From: Bryobacterales bacterium
GTDB taxonomy: Bacteria; Acidobacteriota; Terriglobia; Bryobacterales; UBA6623
Length of the DNA: 64,000 nt
Assembly (NCBI GenBank): GCA_965226215.1
Contig: CBDDCH010000001.1
Span: 666,251-730,250, forward strand
Direction of reading: 5' to 3'
In this document: piece by piece, positions 38,269-47,976 of the stretch
How positions within the stretch are numbered: the first letter of the stretch is position 1
Layout: each line of letters opens with the position of its first letter
Program-made: the position numbers and the translations under genes
Notes under the pieces: model-generated
The model's database searches: none
Told to the model about the DNA's origin: nothing
What the model saw: the letters and a program-made list of their open reading frames with translations, nothing else

Positions 38269-41200
38269 TTACTCCTTGGTGATCGTTTCGTCCAGGTTGA
38301 GGATCACCCTTGCCACGCCGGTCCATGCGGCCAACTGGACAGAGTCCGCGTTTTCCGGTTTCTCGGACTCACCCACGCTAAGAAGTTGCTGCGCAGCCTC
38401 CTCATCCTGTTTGTAGCTCGTCAGCATGTCACCGTAGACGCCCTGGAGAACAGCAGCTTCTTTTTCGTCCGGCAGCCGGGCCAGGGCAGCCTTATACGCA
38501 TAGTCGATGCGATCGCGATTGCTCTCTCCGGCTTCGCGCAGGATGCGCTGCGCAAAGTTGCGGGCTGCCTCCACATACGTGTCTTCATTGAGCGTCACGA
38601 GGGCCTGCAGGGGCGTGACGGTGATTTCTCTTTCGACCACGCACACTTCGCGGTCGGGCGCATCGAAGATGGCGAACATGGGATTGGGTACCGAGCGCTT
38701 CCAAAACGTGTACAGACTCCTTCGATACAGGTCCGCCCCCTTGCTGGGGACGTAGGATTCTTGACAGCTTTCCGCTTTTTTTTCCCACAAGCCGGGTGGC
38801 TGATAGGGGAAAACACTCGGTCCGCCGGGCTTGCGATCCCGGTCCAGGAGGCCGCTGATCGCCAGCGCGTTGTCCCGAATCACCTCGGCGGGCAGTCGCT
38901 GTCGAGGACCTCTCGCCAACAGGCGGTTCCGGGGGTCTCGGGCGAGCAGATCATCGCTCACTCGAGAGGACTGTTGGTACGTGGCGGACATGACGATCTT
39001 CTTGATCGTCGCTTTGACGTCCCAGCCGCTTTCGATAAACTCTCTGGCCAACCAGTCCAGCAGTTCGGGATGGGATGGCGGTTCGCCCTGTGAGCCGAAT
39101 TCGTTGGTCGTCTTCACCAGGCCAGTGCCGAAGAAAAGCTGCCAAAAACGGTTGACCGTGACGCGGCTGACGAGAGGATGATTCGGGTCCACGAGCCACT
39201 TGGCCAGCGTCAGCCGGTTCGGCTTCTCCTCCTCCGGCAAAGGTGGCAGAAATGCCGGTACGCCGGCGTCTACGCGCTCTCCTCTGTTGCGATAGTCTCC
39301 CCGGACCAGCACGTGCGTGGGCCTCGGGTCTTCCATATCCTCCATGACCCGCACGGACGGAATCTCGCGGTTTAGCTCAGCCACGGCCTCACGAAGCTCC
39401 TTGAGCTTCTCGGACAATCGCTGGATCGCCGGTGAGCGCTGCTCGCGAAAATACCACTTCACTTCCTTTTTCTGCTCGCGGGTCCACCCCACGGGGGGCG
39501 ATTCGAAGATCTTCTGGAGCTTCCTTGTGGCTTCGTCGTCCCACGCCATTTCAGTCGAAAAGTAAAACCTGAATCGTTTGGAGCGGTTGACGACCTTTAG
39601 CAGGATCTCGTTTTGGCCGGGTTGGAGCTTGACCTTCAGCTCCTTCCCAGTGGAAGGAGTACAGCCAGGGAACTCTTCCGACAGAATCAACTCGCCGTTT
39701 ACCCAGAGCTTCTCGCCGCCATTGATGTTGGCTCGCGCCACGCGGCTGGGGTCCTCGGCGCCGATAAACAGGGTTAGCTCCCGTGGAGTTTCCGCTTGGA
39801 TCGTGCGATAGAGATAGAACGCTGCTTTGTCCCCGATGAGCTGTTGGATCACGCTGTCTTTCCAGGAAGGCTGCTGTCTCCAGAAAAGCTCGCCATTGCG
39901 ATAACTCTTGCCCAGGTTGATCTCATGCTCGGGGGGGGACTCGGTAGCAAAGGCCTCTGAACTGGAAGCGTCGACAAACGGCCCGATCGAGTACCAGTCG
40001 CTGATACCCAGTGACTCTGCGGCGGCCTCTTCGATGACGCGCTGCTGCCACTCCTTCTGGGCGGCGTCCAGCGCGAAGTTCGTGGTTTCAAGCAGCGCCA
40101 CGCGCTTGGATTCAACGTATTCAATCTCACTTCTAAGCCGGGCGAGATCGGCGCTTTGCTCCGGCGACGGCAGTCGAATATAGGGTGCGGGCTTCCCCCA
40201 ATGACCCAGACCAGGTCCTGCATCGGCGACTAAACCCCTTTCTGGCAGCCTGTTGAAGAAATCGTAGAACTGGTAGTACTCCTTCTGCTTGAATGGGTCG
40301 TACTTGTGATCGTGGCACTCGGCGCACCCAAGAGTGGAACCAAGCCATACGGTTGCGGTTGTGTTCACCCGATCGATAACGTACTTGGTGATGTACTCTT
40401 CCGGATCCGCTCCAGCCTCGGTGCTGGTCGTGTGATTGCGGTTAAATCCGGTGGCGATCCTTTGATTCAATGTTGGGTTCGGCAGCAGGTCTCCGGCCAG
40501 CTGCTCGATGGTGAACTCATCAAAGGGCTTGTTTTGATTGAACGCCTGGATGACCCAGTCTCGGTAGGGCCACATTTTGCGCGCAAAGTCTCTGTGGTGG
40601 CCGTCAGAATCGGCGTAGCGAGCCAGGTCCAGCCAGTGCTGAGCTATTCTCTCCCCATATTGGGCCGAGGCCAGGAGGCGGTCCACCAGACTTTCGTACG
40701 CTTGGGGGCTGTCATCACCGAGAAAAGCGTCCACTTCCGCTGGGGTCGGCGGCAAGCCGACGAGGTCAAGGCTCAGACGCCGAACCAAGGTGTTCTTGTC
40801 CGCTCGCAGTGATGGTTGAAGCCTTTCTCTTTCTAGGCGAGCGAGGATGAAATGATCAATCTCGTTTCTCACCCAATCGCTTTCGCTCACCCTCGGGAGA
40901 TCGGGCCGCTGCGGTGGTATATGAGACCAATGGGTCTGCCACTTGGCCCCCTGACTGATCCACTCGCGGATCAGATCAGTCTCTTCCTTGCTCAAACGCT
41001 TGCCGGTGAAGGCAGGTGGCATGCGAAGCGCGTCGTTTTCGGATGAGATCCGAATGATCAGTTCACTTCCTGAAGGATCTCCGGGCACAATCGCGACTCT
41101 GCCGGAAGTAAGTTTTTCGAGGGCGCTCTCTTTCTGGTCCAGGCGTAGCCCGGCCATGCGCTTGTTTTCGTCAGGCCCGTGGCAGGCGTAGCAGTTTTCT

Positions 41201-41367
41201 GAAAAGATGGGACGGATCTGGCGGTTGTAGTCAATCGAAGTTGTGGCCTTCGGCGCCGCCGCCAGCAGCGCTGTGGTCCAACAAGCCAACAAACACGCGG
41301 CGCGCGCGACCGGTCTTGAACGGAGCCCTACCTCACGCAGGCGCGACCATCGCAATTCACAAGCCAT
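38269..41367 (-). CDS. PSCyt1/PSCyt2/PSD1 (DUF1549/DUF1553) cytochrome-domain protein
   Basis: 1032 aa. N-terminal [19 protein letters not shown] haem-binding module, DUF1549-like and DUF1553-like regions. Its stop lies 4 bp upstream of the start of its usual DUF1501 partner. Confidence 0.8.
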   Translation of the reverse strand: MACELRWSRLREVGLRSRPVARAACLLACWTTALLAAAPKATTSIDYNRQIRPIFSENCYACHGPDENKRMAGLRLDQKESALEKLTSGRVAIVPGDPSGSELIIRISSENDALRMPPAFTGKRLSKEETDLIREWISQGAKWQTHWSHIPPQRPDLPRVSESDWVRNEIDHFILARLERERLQPSLRADKNTLVRRLSLDLVGLPPTPAEVDAFLGDDSPQAYESLVDRLLASAQYGERIAQHWLDLARYADSDGHHRDFARKMWPYRDWVIQAFNQNKPFDEFTIEQLAGDLLPNPTLNQRIATGFNRNHTTSTEAGADPEEYITKYVIDRVNTTATVWLGSTLGCAECHDHKYDPFKQKEYYQFYDFFNRLPERGLVADAGPGLGHWGKPAPYIRLPSPEQSADLARLRSEIEYVESKRVALLETTNFALDAAQKEWQQRVIEEAAAESLGISDWYSIGPFVDASSSEAFATESPPEHEINLGKSYRNGELFWRQQPSWKDSVIQQLIGDKAAFYLYRTIQAETPRELTLFIGAEDPSRVARANINGGEKLWVNGELILSEEFPGCTPSTGKELKVKLQPGQNEILLKVVNRSKRFRFYFSTEMAWDDEATRKLQKIFESPPVGWTREQKKEVKWYFREQRSPAIQRLSEKLKELREAVAELNREIPSVRVMEDMEDPRPTHVLVRGDYRNRGERVDAGVPAFLPPLPEEEKPNRLTLAKWLVDPNHPLVSRVTVNRFWQLFFGTGLVKTTNEFGSQGEPPSHPELLDWLAREFIESGWDVKATIKKIVMSATYQQSSRVSDDLLARDPRNRLLARGPRQRLPAEVIRDNALAISGLLDRDRKPGGPSVFPYQPPGLWEKKAESCQESYVPSKGADLYRRSLYTFWKRSVPNPMFAIFDAPDREVCVVEREITVTPLQALVTLNEDTYVEAARNFAQRILREAGESNRDRIDYAYKAALARLPDEKEAAVLQGVYGDMLTSYKQDEEAAQQLLSVGESEKPENADSVQLAAWTGVARVILNLDETITKE

Positions 41368-41426
41368 CCGCGACCTCCAACCACGACCAGCAGGATGCTG
41401 CTTGGTGATTCTAACGCAACTTGACG

Positions 41427-41571
41427 CTAGCGCCGTAGGATCAGGTTTGCCAGAAACATCAACGGCGAGGTAATCGTCTCGACACCAGACGAATAATGTT
41501 CACCGACCCACGCCTCGGCGTACCCAAGCTCGTCGGCGTGGACGATCGCCTCCACGTCTTTTAGGAGCCGC
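41427..41571 (-). pseudogene. fragment of an LLM-class (luciferase-like) flavin oxidoreductase
   Basis: About 45 codons, KDVEAIVHADELGYAEAWVGEHYSSGVETITSPLMFLANLILRR-stop. There is an in-frame stop just upstream and no start. Confidence 0.35.
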
Positions 41572-42165
41572 GTTCACTTGAGCGCGAGCGGCGTTGACCG
41601 AACTCCAGCAGGGTATCAGGTCCGTTTCTATCGAATAAAATGTGAAATCGCCCTCCCACTAGCAATCAACCGCTGTGGACCCGTAACGTACTCCGACAGA
41701 GCCACTTATAATTATCATTAGCCAGATTTCGCCGGCTGGCGCCCGAAAGGTCCCCTTCTCGTCCACTGGGACGACCATGCGGCCCTCATCTGGCTAGATC
41801 CCCCCTAACGTTAGGACCTTAGCTGGAGCAACCCGGCGCTGGGAAGCCCGAGTAGGGTGGGGTGCTGATCGCCGGATTGCTTTGGATAAGGGCGTTTGAA
41901 GGAGGCCGCTCGCGTTTGCGGCGGACGCGGTCAAGTTGGCACGGCTATGGGGATTGAATCGAGTTTCGTGGCTTCGGGGGCACTGCTTTTGGGTTGGCGA
42001 GTGCGGCGATTGGAACGAACGACGGTTTGGTGACGGTGGTGACGGATCGCGAAAGGGCTCTGCGACGGACTTCGCGGCGTGTTCGCGCTGCGGATGCGGG
42101 CGTACGATACACTTCCGCTAAGCGCGTCAGGAGACACGCGGGCGTCGCCCGGAAGCCGAAACCCC

Positions 42166-43350
42166 TCAGGACGTGTCAAAGTAACCTCTCTGCTCCAGCT
42201 GCCAGGCGTCGAGCCTCTCGATCACGGCCATCGGACCTCCGCAGGTCGGACAGGTCCAGGTGTTGTCTGGAGCGCGAGACTTGCCGGCTTCCGGGGATTC
42301 AGCCGTAGTCGAAGGGTTGCTTGCCAGCAGTTGCTGACACAGCGGCAACAACTCTCCCCGCTTGCGAGGAGCGAGGAAGCCGAAGAAGCGGATGCGAACG
42401 AAGCGGGGCGGCAGCACGTGCTGTAGGAACCGCCGCAAGAACTCTTCGGCCGTGAGCGTCATCAGCCGTTGTTTGCCGCGGCGTGCATAGTCCTTCCAGC
42501 GGAACGTTACTTTGCCGTCGGTGAAAGCGATCAGCCGGTGGTTGGAGATGGCAACGCGGTGAGTGTAACGGGCGAGGTAATGGAAAACATGCAGCGCTCC
42601 GCCGAAGGGCGGCTTGGCATAAACAAACCAGTCTTCGCGAAACAGCGAACGCAGGAAAGAGCGGAAGGCCTTGTCTTTTGCCAAAGGTTTCAGTGCGCCG
42701 GGCAAACAAAGCTCGTTGTTGCGGTAGGCTCGCTTCAGAGCGGCGACGAACTTGCCGCGGAAGATACGGCTGAGCACCTTCACCGGCAGAAAGAAGCGAT
42801 AGCGTGGACGCACCCAGGCTTGGTGATCGGGCGAGAGTCCCCCGGCCGGAATCACACAGTGGACGTGCGGATGGTGGAGGAGATTCTGGCCCCAGGTGTG
42901 CAGCACGCTGAGGAAGCCGATCTGGGCACCGAGGTGCTTGGGATCGGCGGCGACCTCCAAAAGGCTGTCCGCACTGGCGCGGAACAATAGCCCATAGAGG
43001 ACCTTCTTGTTGTGGAAGGCCAAGCGAGCCAGTTGGTGGGGAAGCGTGAAGACCACATGCACGTAGGGCACGGCCAAGAGTTCTTGCTGGCGAGCAGCCA
43101 GCCACTTATCGCGAGCATTCGTCTGGCACTTGGGGCAATGACGGTTGCGACAAGAGTTATAAGAGATGGCCGCGGTGTAGCCACAGCGAGTACAGCGGTC
43201 CCGGTGCCCGCCAAGCGCTGCCGTGCGACAGCGTTCGATGGCCGCGAGCACCTTCAAGTGCAACCCGGTCAGCGACGACCGATGTTGGTCGATGAAGCTT
43301 CTACCTACCGCGCGAATGATATCGGCCACCTCAAGGGGTGGCCGCTTCAT
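42166..43350 (-). CDS. IS91-family HUH (Y2) transposase
   Basis: Zinc ribbon CTRCGY...CRNRHCPKC, HUH motif HPHVHCVIPAGG and tyrosine motif HYLARYTHRVAISNHRL. Confidence 0.9.
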   Translation of the reverse strand: MKRPPLEVADIIRAVGRSFIDQHRSSLTGLHLKVLAAIERCRTAALGGHRDRCTRCGYTAAISYNSCRNRHCPKCQTNARDKWLAARQQELLAVPYVHVVFTLPHQLARLAFHNKKVLYGLLFRASADSLLEVAADPKHLGAQIGFLSVLHTWGQNLLHHPHVHCVIPAGGLSPDHQAWVRPRYRFFLPVKVLSRIFRGKFVAALKRAYRNNELCLPGALKPLAKDKAFRSFLRSLFREDWFVYAKPPFGGALHVFHYLARYTHRVAISNHRLIAFTDGKVTFRWKDYARRGKQRLMTLTAEEFLRRFLQHVLPPRFVRIRFFGFLAPRKRGELLPLCQQLLASNPSTTAESPEAGKSRAPDNTWTCPTCGGPMAVIERLDAWQLEQRGYFDTS

Positions 43351-44240
43351 TTCTTATGCAGCCTCCGTGATCGCTTCACCTGGTCCGGACTCGAAAACTC
43401 CGCCTGGTCGATCGGCGTGCCGGCCGCCTTAAGATGACGCTCGGACAAATGCAGATAGATCGACGTTGCCTTGAGGTCGGCATGGCCGAGCAACGCTTGC
43501 AGCGTGGGCAGATCGGCGCCCTGTTCCAATAGATGGGTGGCGAAGCTGTGCCGCAGCAAATGAGGACGAACGGGTTTGTTGATGCCCGCTCGTTGCGCCG
43601 CTTCCCGGCAGGCCAGCCAGAGCACCTTGGGAGTGATCGGCTTATCGACTCGCCAGTTTTTGATCGTCCCGGGAAACAAGTACGTCTTGGGCTTCATCCA
43701 GCGCCAGTACTCGCGCAAGGTCTCCAGCAGATGCGGACTCAGTGGCACGGACCGGTCGCGGCCGCCTTTGCCGTGGCGGATATGGACCAGCATCCGGTCG
43801 CTGTCGATGTCGTCCGCTTTGAGATGGCACAACTCCGCCCGACGCATCCCGGTCGAGTAGAGCGTCATCAACATGGCGCGATGAAACAGGTTGCTGGCTG
43901 ACTCGATGAGCCTCACCGCTTCTTCTTGGGTGAGGATGATCGGCAGCTCTCGTGGCTTTTTCGGGTAAGGAAACTCCTCGACCGGATAGTTCCGCTTGAG
44001 CGTTTTGCAGAAGAAGAAGCGTAGGCCCGCCGTATGAAGACCGACGGTGCGGACACCCATCTTCCTCTCCTTCAGCAAGTACACCTGGTAGGAGCGGATC
44101 TGTTCCGGGCCCAGCTGATCCGGTGAACGCCGGAAATGTTTGGCGAAATCCTCAACCGTGCTGAGGTAGTTCTTTACGGTAGTCTGAGAGTAATTCCGAC
44201 GCTGGAGTTCTTCCAGCATCGCTTTGCGTAAACGGGTCAC
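43347..44240 (-). CDS. tyrosine recombinase (phage-integrase family) of the IS91-like unit
   Basis: 297 aa, GTG start 7 nt after AGGAGG. N-terminal SAM-like domain. Catalytic RRAEL...HGKGGRDR...LRHSFATHLL...GHADLKATSIYLH. Confidence 0.9.
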   Translation of the reverse strand: MTRLRKAMLEELQRRNYSQTTVKNYLSTVEDFAKHFRRSPDQLGPEQIRSYQVYLLKERKMGVRTVGLHTAGLRFFFCKTLKRNYPVEEFPYPKKPRELPIILTQEEAVRLIESASNLFHRAMLMTLYSTGMRRAELCHLKADDIDSDRMLVHIRHGKGGRDRSVPLSPHLLETLREYWRWMKPKTYLFPGTIKNWRVDKPITPKVLWLACREAAQRAGINKPVRPHLLRHSFATHLLEQGADLPTLQALLGHADLKATSIYLHLSERHLKAAGTPIDQAEFSSPDQVKRSRRLHKK

Positions 44241-44552
44241 AGGGACACCTCCTTCGTTGGTGTCCCGACCTTACTCTCAACTATGCACCCCTGCTGATGG
44301 AACGCTCACGCGCAGCGTCCGTCGCGCGAGCGGCTTCGTTCTAACGGCGAAGGGTTGATCCAGGCGCACCGCTTTACGCCCTGCCCAGCCCACTGGCCCG
44401 CCCCGCGGCGACAGGTCTTCCCTGAGCCGAGGCGCAGGGAAGACGAAACGGCAAAATTGAAAAAAAATTAGGGCGTGGGGTCAAGCCCGGGGGGCCCAAC
44501 CGCCTCCGCCTCTGTTGCGAGACAAAGATGCGCCGTGCGGAGAATTCCGCCG

Positions 44553-44573
44553 ATTGTGACGTGAATTGTGACG
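44553..44573 (+). promoter_or_regulatory. tandem arm-type integrase binding site candidates (attR side)
   Basis: ATTGTGACG-tga-ATTGTGACG followed by cAACCCC. Same orientation and 12-bp register as 24951-24971. Confidence 0.5.
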
Positions 44574-44705
44574 CAACCCCACTCGGATCACGGGAATGCA
44601 CCAGGTATCACCGGGGGTTACCCGGCGCTGCCGTTTGGGGTAAACTGTTGGTCGTGCAGTGCTTGGTAACCCCCGGTAACTGTCGGTGGCGCTTCGGCCC
44701 TACAA

Positions 44706-44759
44706 CTTACAAGCAGGAGGCCACTGGTTCGAGTCCAGTACCGCCCACCAATGTTTTCA
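44706..44759 (+). repeat. attR core (orphan 3' part of tRNA-Val)
   Basis: Identical to 24861-24914. It starts in the anticodon loop and has no tRNA 5' half upstream. Confidence 0.85.
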
Positions 44760-45315
44760 AGAGGTTACAGACACTTTCAGGACTTCCGAAAATGCCGCTG
44801 TAGACGATTTTGTAGCTGTGCAAAGCATCTCAGATCGACACGTTGGTTGGCCGGAACGCGCTGAACTTGGTCAGGCTGTGAGTGAAGCTTAAAGCGGGCC
44901 ATGCAGCGAGCACGACGGGTATCTTCCAGGACGACCTTCGGGAAAATTGAAAGATTTGTAGCTGCGGTCTCTTCCGTGAGGGCCTAGGCCAGCTGAACCT
45001 GAGGCTCGTCTATGGATCATCCGCTGCTTTGAGCGTGGCGCGCAAGCTGTCGCCTTTCGCCTAAAAGATTGTGACACTGCCCCAGACGGATTAACGAGAG
45101 TTTTAAATAACTCGTTTATTTTGTTACGCTTACCAGTCCCTTGGGGGTCCAGCACAAAGGAGGCAGAACCCACCACTCGGACCGAGGTCCGGTGGTTGGG
45201 GCCTCGGTCCTTACAGGAGAAAGGACAGGGGTCCCTCGAAGCCTAAAAAATCTCTCATCGAACGCTTTCACGAACACATGATGAGCACCTATAGCTTGCT
45301 GATTGACTTGGCTAC

Positions 45316-45850
45316 ATGACGGCCAGCGAGCAGGAGCGGATCGAGTTCTTCGCTCCCGACTATTTGCGGGACGCCGTTGTGATTCTGGTTGAGATGGGAC
45401 TCAGGCCGTACAAGGAGCTGACCCCGATACGGAAAGAGCAGGTGGACCTTGAGAACGGAATCCTCCACATCCCCGACTCGAAGACAACGAACAGTGTGGC
45501 CGACATGCCGATGACGGAGCTAGCGAAAGAGGCCTTTCGTCGACGCATGGAAGCAACCGAAGGTTCGGACTAGCTGTTCCCTACGTGGCGTACCGGGAGT
45601 TCGAAGCCCCACCTGACGACGTTCAAGAAGATCTGGACTTCGACACTCGAACGTGCGGAGGTTCCCTACTTCTCGATCTACGAGTTGCGGCACACGTTCG
45701 CGACACGGCTGAGTGCCGGCGGTGTGGCGGATCACTTCGTGACGCAGCTGCTACGTCAGGGAGACTCGACTGTGTTCAAACGCTATAGCCAAGCGAAGCT
45801 CGGGATGATGCGGGAAGCCCTCGACCGGCTCGACCGCAGCGCCAACGAGC
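45316..45850 (+). pseudogene. tyrosine integrase remnant (catalytic domain only, in-frame TAG)
   Basis: ...VVILVEMGLRPYKELTPIRKEQVDLENGILHIPDSKT... TAG (45571-45573) ...YELRHTFATRLSAGG...TVFKRYS. The N-terminal roughly 170 aa are absent. The frame then runs on through tRNA-Pro without a proper stop. The end coordinate is approximate. Confidence 0.7.
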
Positions 45851-45982
45851 ACGAAATGACTTTTGGAACAGCCATGGACCGGATCATCCCCCCGAAACGG
45901 GGTAACTGTACCAAAACTGTTCCAAAAATCGGTCAGTTCGGTTGTGCGGCAACAAGGCACAGACTGAAAACAGGGAAGTTAT

Positions 45983-46059
45983 TGGTCGGGGCGCGGAGAT
46001 TTGAACTCCGGACCTCCTGCTCCCGAAGCAGGCGCGCTACCAGGCTGCGCTACGCCCCG
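45983..46059 (-). tRNA. tRNA-Pro (anticodon CGG), CCA encoded
   Basis: Hand-folded cloverleaf. Acceptor CGGGGCG/CGCCCCG, anticodon stem CCTGC/GCAGG, loop TTCGGGA, T-arm CGGAG-TTCAAAT-CTCCG. Confidence 0.95.
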
Positions 46060-46788
46060 AATAGGCACGTGGAAGAGGGGGGTGAACAACCGCCTTTTCA
46101 GTGTAGGGTTGTACCGGGGGACTGTCAACGCCGGGGCGGTCTAGCTTAGATGCTCAATCGGAGACGCCTCGCGCGGTGCATCGAGTCTTCCGCCGTCAGG
46201 TGGGAGCTGGCCTACTTTCGTGACGGGCTCAACCAAGAAACCCCGCGCAATCGATCCTGCTGAAATCAATCTGCATCTCAAAAGCCAGCCGCGAGATGAT
46301 CTCACCGACGGACCCTCGAAGTCACCGCTCGCGACTGTCTACCGAATTGGCTGTTACCGTGGTCGCTCGAGGTTACCACCTCTTTGACAAGACTTTCTGA
46401 TCCTGGCGACGTGGCGCACGCTTTCAGCGTGCTGTGTCGGGCTTTCGAGCCCGATATTTCCGAATCTATAGTGAACTCGTCCCCAGGGCAGTCGACTAGA
46501 GACACGGTGTCGAGGCTATTAGCCGGATCAAGTGACACGCTGCCGATCGTCGGGGGCGTATTCCAACAGCACGCGGGCGGCACGGGAGGGGGCCCCTATT
46601 ACTAAAGTTACAACCCCGCACCTTGGCTCAACCGGAACCAAACAAGCAAGCCGCTGAAAACAAAGTGGCTCTTTCCCGCGAACAGCTGTGACTCGACTCA
46701 GAGGCACATCGATGCAATCCCGATTTCCTGTTACCGGATCGCTTCCCCCCGCATCTAAATCAACAGCAGGTGGTTTTTTAGGAGGCTT

Positions 46789-47880
46789 GTGGTGGTCATC
46801 GGAGTTCCCAAAGAAATCAAAGATCATGAAACGCGTGTTGCTCTCGCGCCCAGCGGGATCTCTTCTTTACACGAGGCCGGGCACGAAGTGTTGGTCGAGG
46901 CGGGCGCCGGCGAAGAAAGTTCCATTAGCGACCAAGAGTATCAACAGGCCGGGGCGATCGTAGTAGACGCGGCCAAAGATGTTTGGGGGCAGGCGGAACT
47001 GGTTGTCAAGGTCAAGGAACCACAACCTGCCGAGACAGTCTACTTTCGACCCGGGCTGACGCTTTTCGCGTATCTGCATCTGGCCCCGTTGCCCGAGTTG
47101 ACCGAAAGACTTCTTCGGTCCCGCGTCATCGCCGTGGCCTACGAGACGATCCGCACCGGAAACGGTTCTCTCCCCCTGCTTGAACCCATGAGCGAAGTGG
47201 CCGGCCGACTCTCGGTCCAACTAGGCGCCCAGTACCTCGAGAGATACAATCGCGGGCGCGGCGTGCTGCTCGGTGGAGTTCCCGGTGTCCCGCCGGCCGA
47301 AGTTGTAATCTTGGGCGGCGGCATCGTCGGTTCGAACGCCGCAAAGGTCGCTTTGGGAACGGGAGCGAAAGTCACTGTGGTTGACAAGAGTTTGCCTAGA
47401 CTGCGGCAACTCGACGACATGTTTTTAGGACGATTAACAACTCTGGCATCGAATCCCACGACTGTGGCTCAAGCTGTTCAGAAGGCCGATCTCGTCATTG
47501 GGGCCGTACTCATTCCCGGCGCCTCCGCACCCAAGCTGATACAAGCTAAAACCATACCGGGGATGAAAAAAGGAGCGGTCATTGTCGATGTCGCCATTGA
47601 CCAGGGTGGATGCGCCGAGACGTCACGGCCCACCTCGCTCAGTGACCCTGTATTCGAAGTTGACGGCGTGCTGCACTACTGCGTACCCAATATCCCGGCG
47701 TTAGTCCCTCACACCTCCACCCTGGCTCTCACCAACGCAACTCTCCCCTACCTCTACCAGCTGGCCGACCAGGGAGTCGAACGTGCATTGGCCGAGAGTA
47801 CCGTGCTCCAGTCAGGCGTCAATACTTACCGCGGCGAACTGACCTGTGCCGCGGTTGCTAAATCGCAGCGGCGGCAATAG
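46789..47880 (+). CDS. ald: alanine dehydrogenase
   Basis: 363 aa. VIGVPKEIKDHETRVALAPSG N-terminus and NAD-binding VVILGGGIVGSNAA. Confidence 0.9.
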   Translation: MVVIGVPKEIKDHETRVALAPSGISSLHEAGHEVLVEAGAGEESSISDQEYQQAGAIVVDAAKDVWGQAELVVKVKEPQPAETVYFRPGLTLFAYLHLAPLPELTERLLRSRVIAVAYETIRTGNGSLPLLEPMSEVAGRLSVQLGAQYLERYNRGRGVLLGGVPGVPPAEVVILGGGIVGSNAAKVALGTGAKVTVVDKSLPRLRQLDDMFLGRLTTLASNPTTVAQAVQKADLVIGAVLIPGASAPKLIQAKTIPGMKKGAVIVDVAIDQGGCAETSRPTSLSDPVFEVDGVLHYCVPNIPALVPHTSTLALTNATLPYLYQLADQGVERALAESTVLQSGVNTYRGELTCAAVAKSQRRQ

Positions 47881-47976
47881 CCCCGACACCCGCCCGCTTG
47901 GCCGGGGCGCTCCGTTAGGTTTAGACTACGGTTAGCGGCAAGAAGCGCCCACCCGCATCCCGGTTAACTCATTCTC

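Larger units (their letters stand above)
41683..44529 (-). mobile_element. IS91-family-like unit encoding a tyrosine recombinase plus a Y2 HUH rolling-circle transposase (2847 bp)
   Basis: Boundaries come from the breakpoints of homology with the miniature copy at 32792-33139. About 290 nt of 5' leader, two ATGA-coupled ORFs and about 480 nt of 3' noncoding tail. No terminal IRs or TSD seen. Confidence 0.7.
24861..44759. mobile_element. integrative genomic island in tRNA-Val (19,899 bp including both att repeats)
   Basis: A perfect 54-bp direct repeat (24861-24914 = 44706-44759) covers the 3' 45 nt of the tRNA plus 9 nt. The integrase lies next to attL, and the content is all accessory or IS DNA. 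Confidence 0.85.

Noticed and set aside
45685-46149. 154-aa ORF extending from the integrase remnant across tRNA-Pro
   Set aside because: Its 3' third is simply the complement of the tRNA gene and downstream spacer. Only the integrase-like part (to about 45850) is meaningful, and it is a pseudogene.
46150-46788. Structured RNA (riboswitch, SRP, RNase P, tmRNA, 6S) in the 640-bp gap upstream of ald, with small ORFs at 46302-46583 and 46384-46605
   Set aside because: None of the conserved core sequences of these RNAs could be found by eye, and the ORFs have no motifs. Left unannotated.
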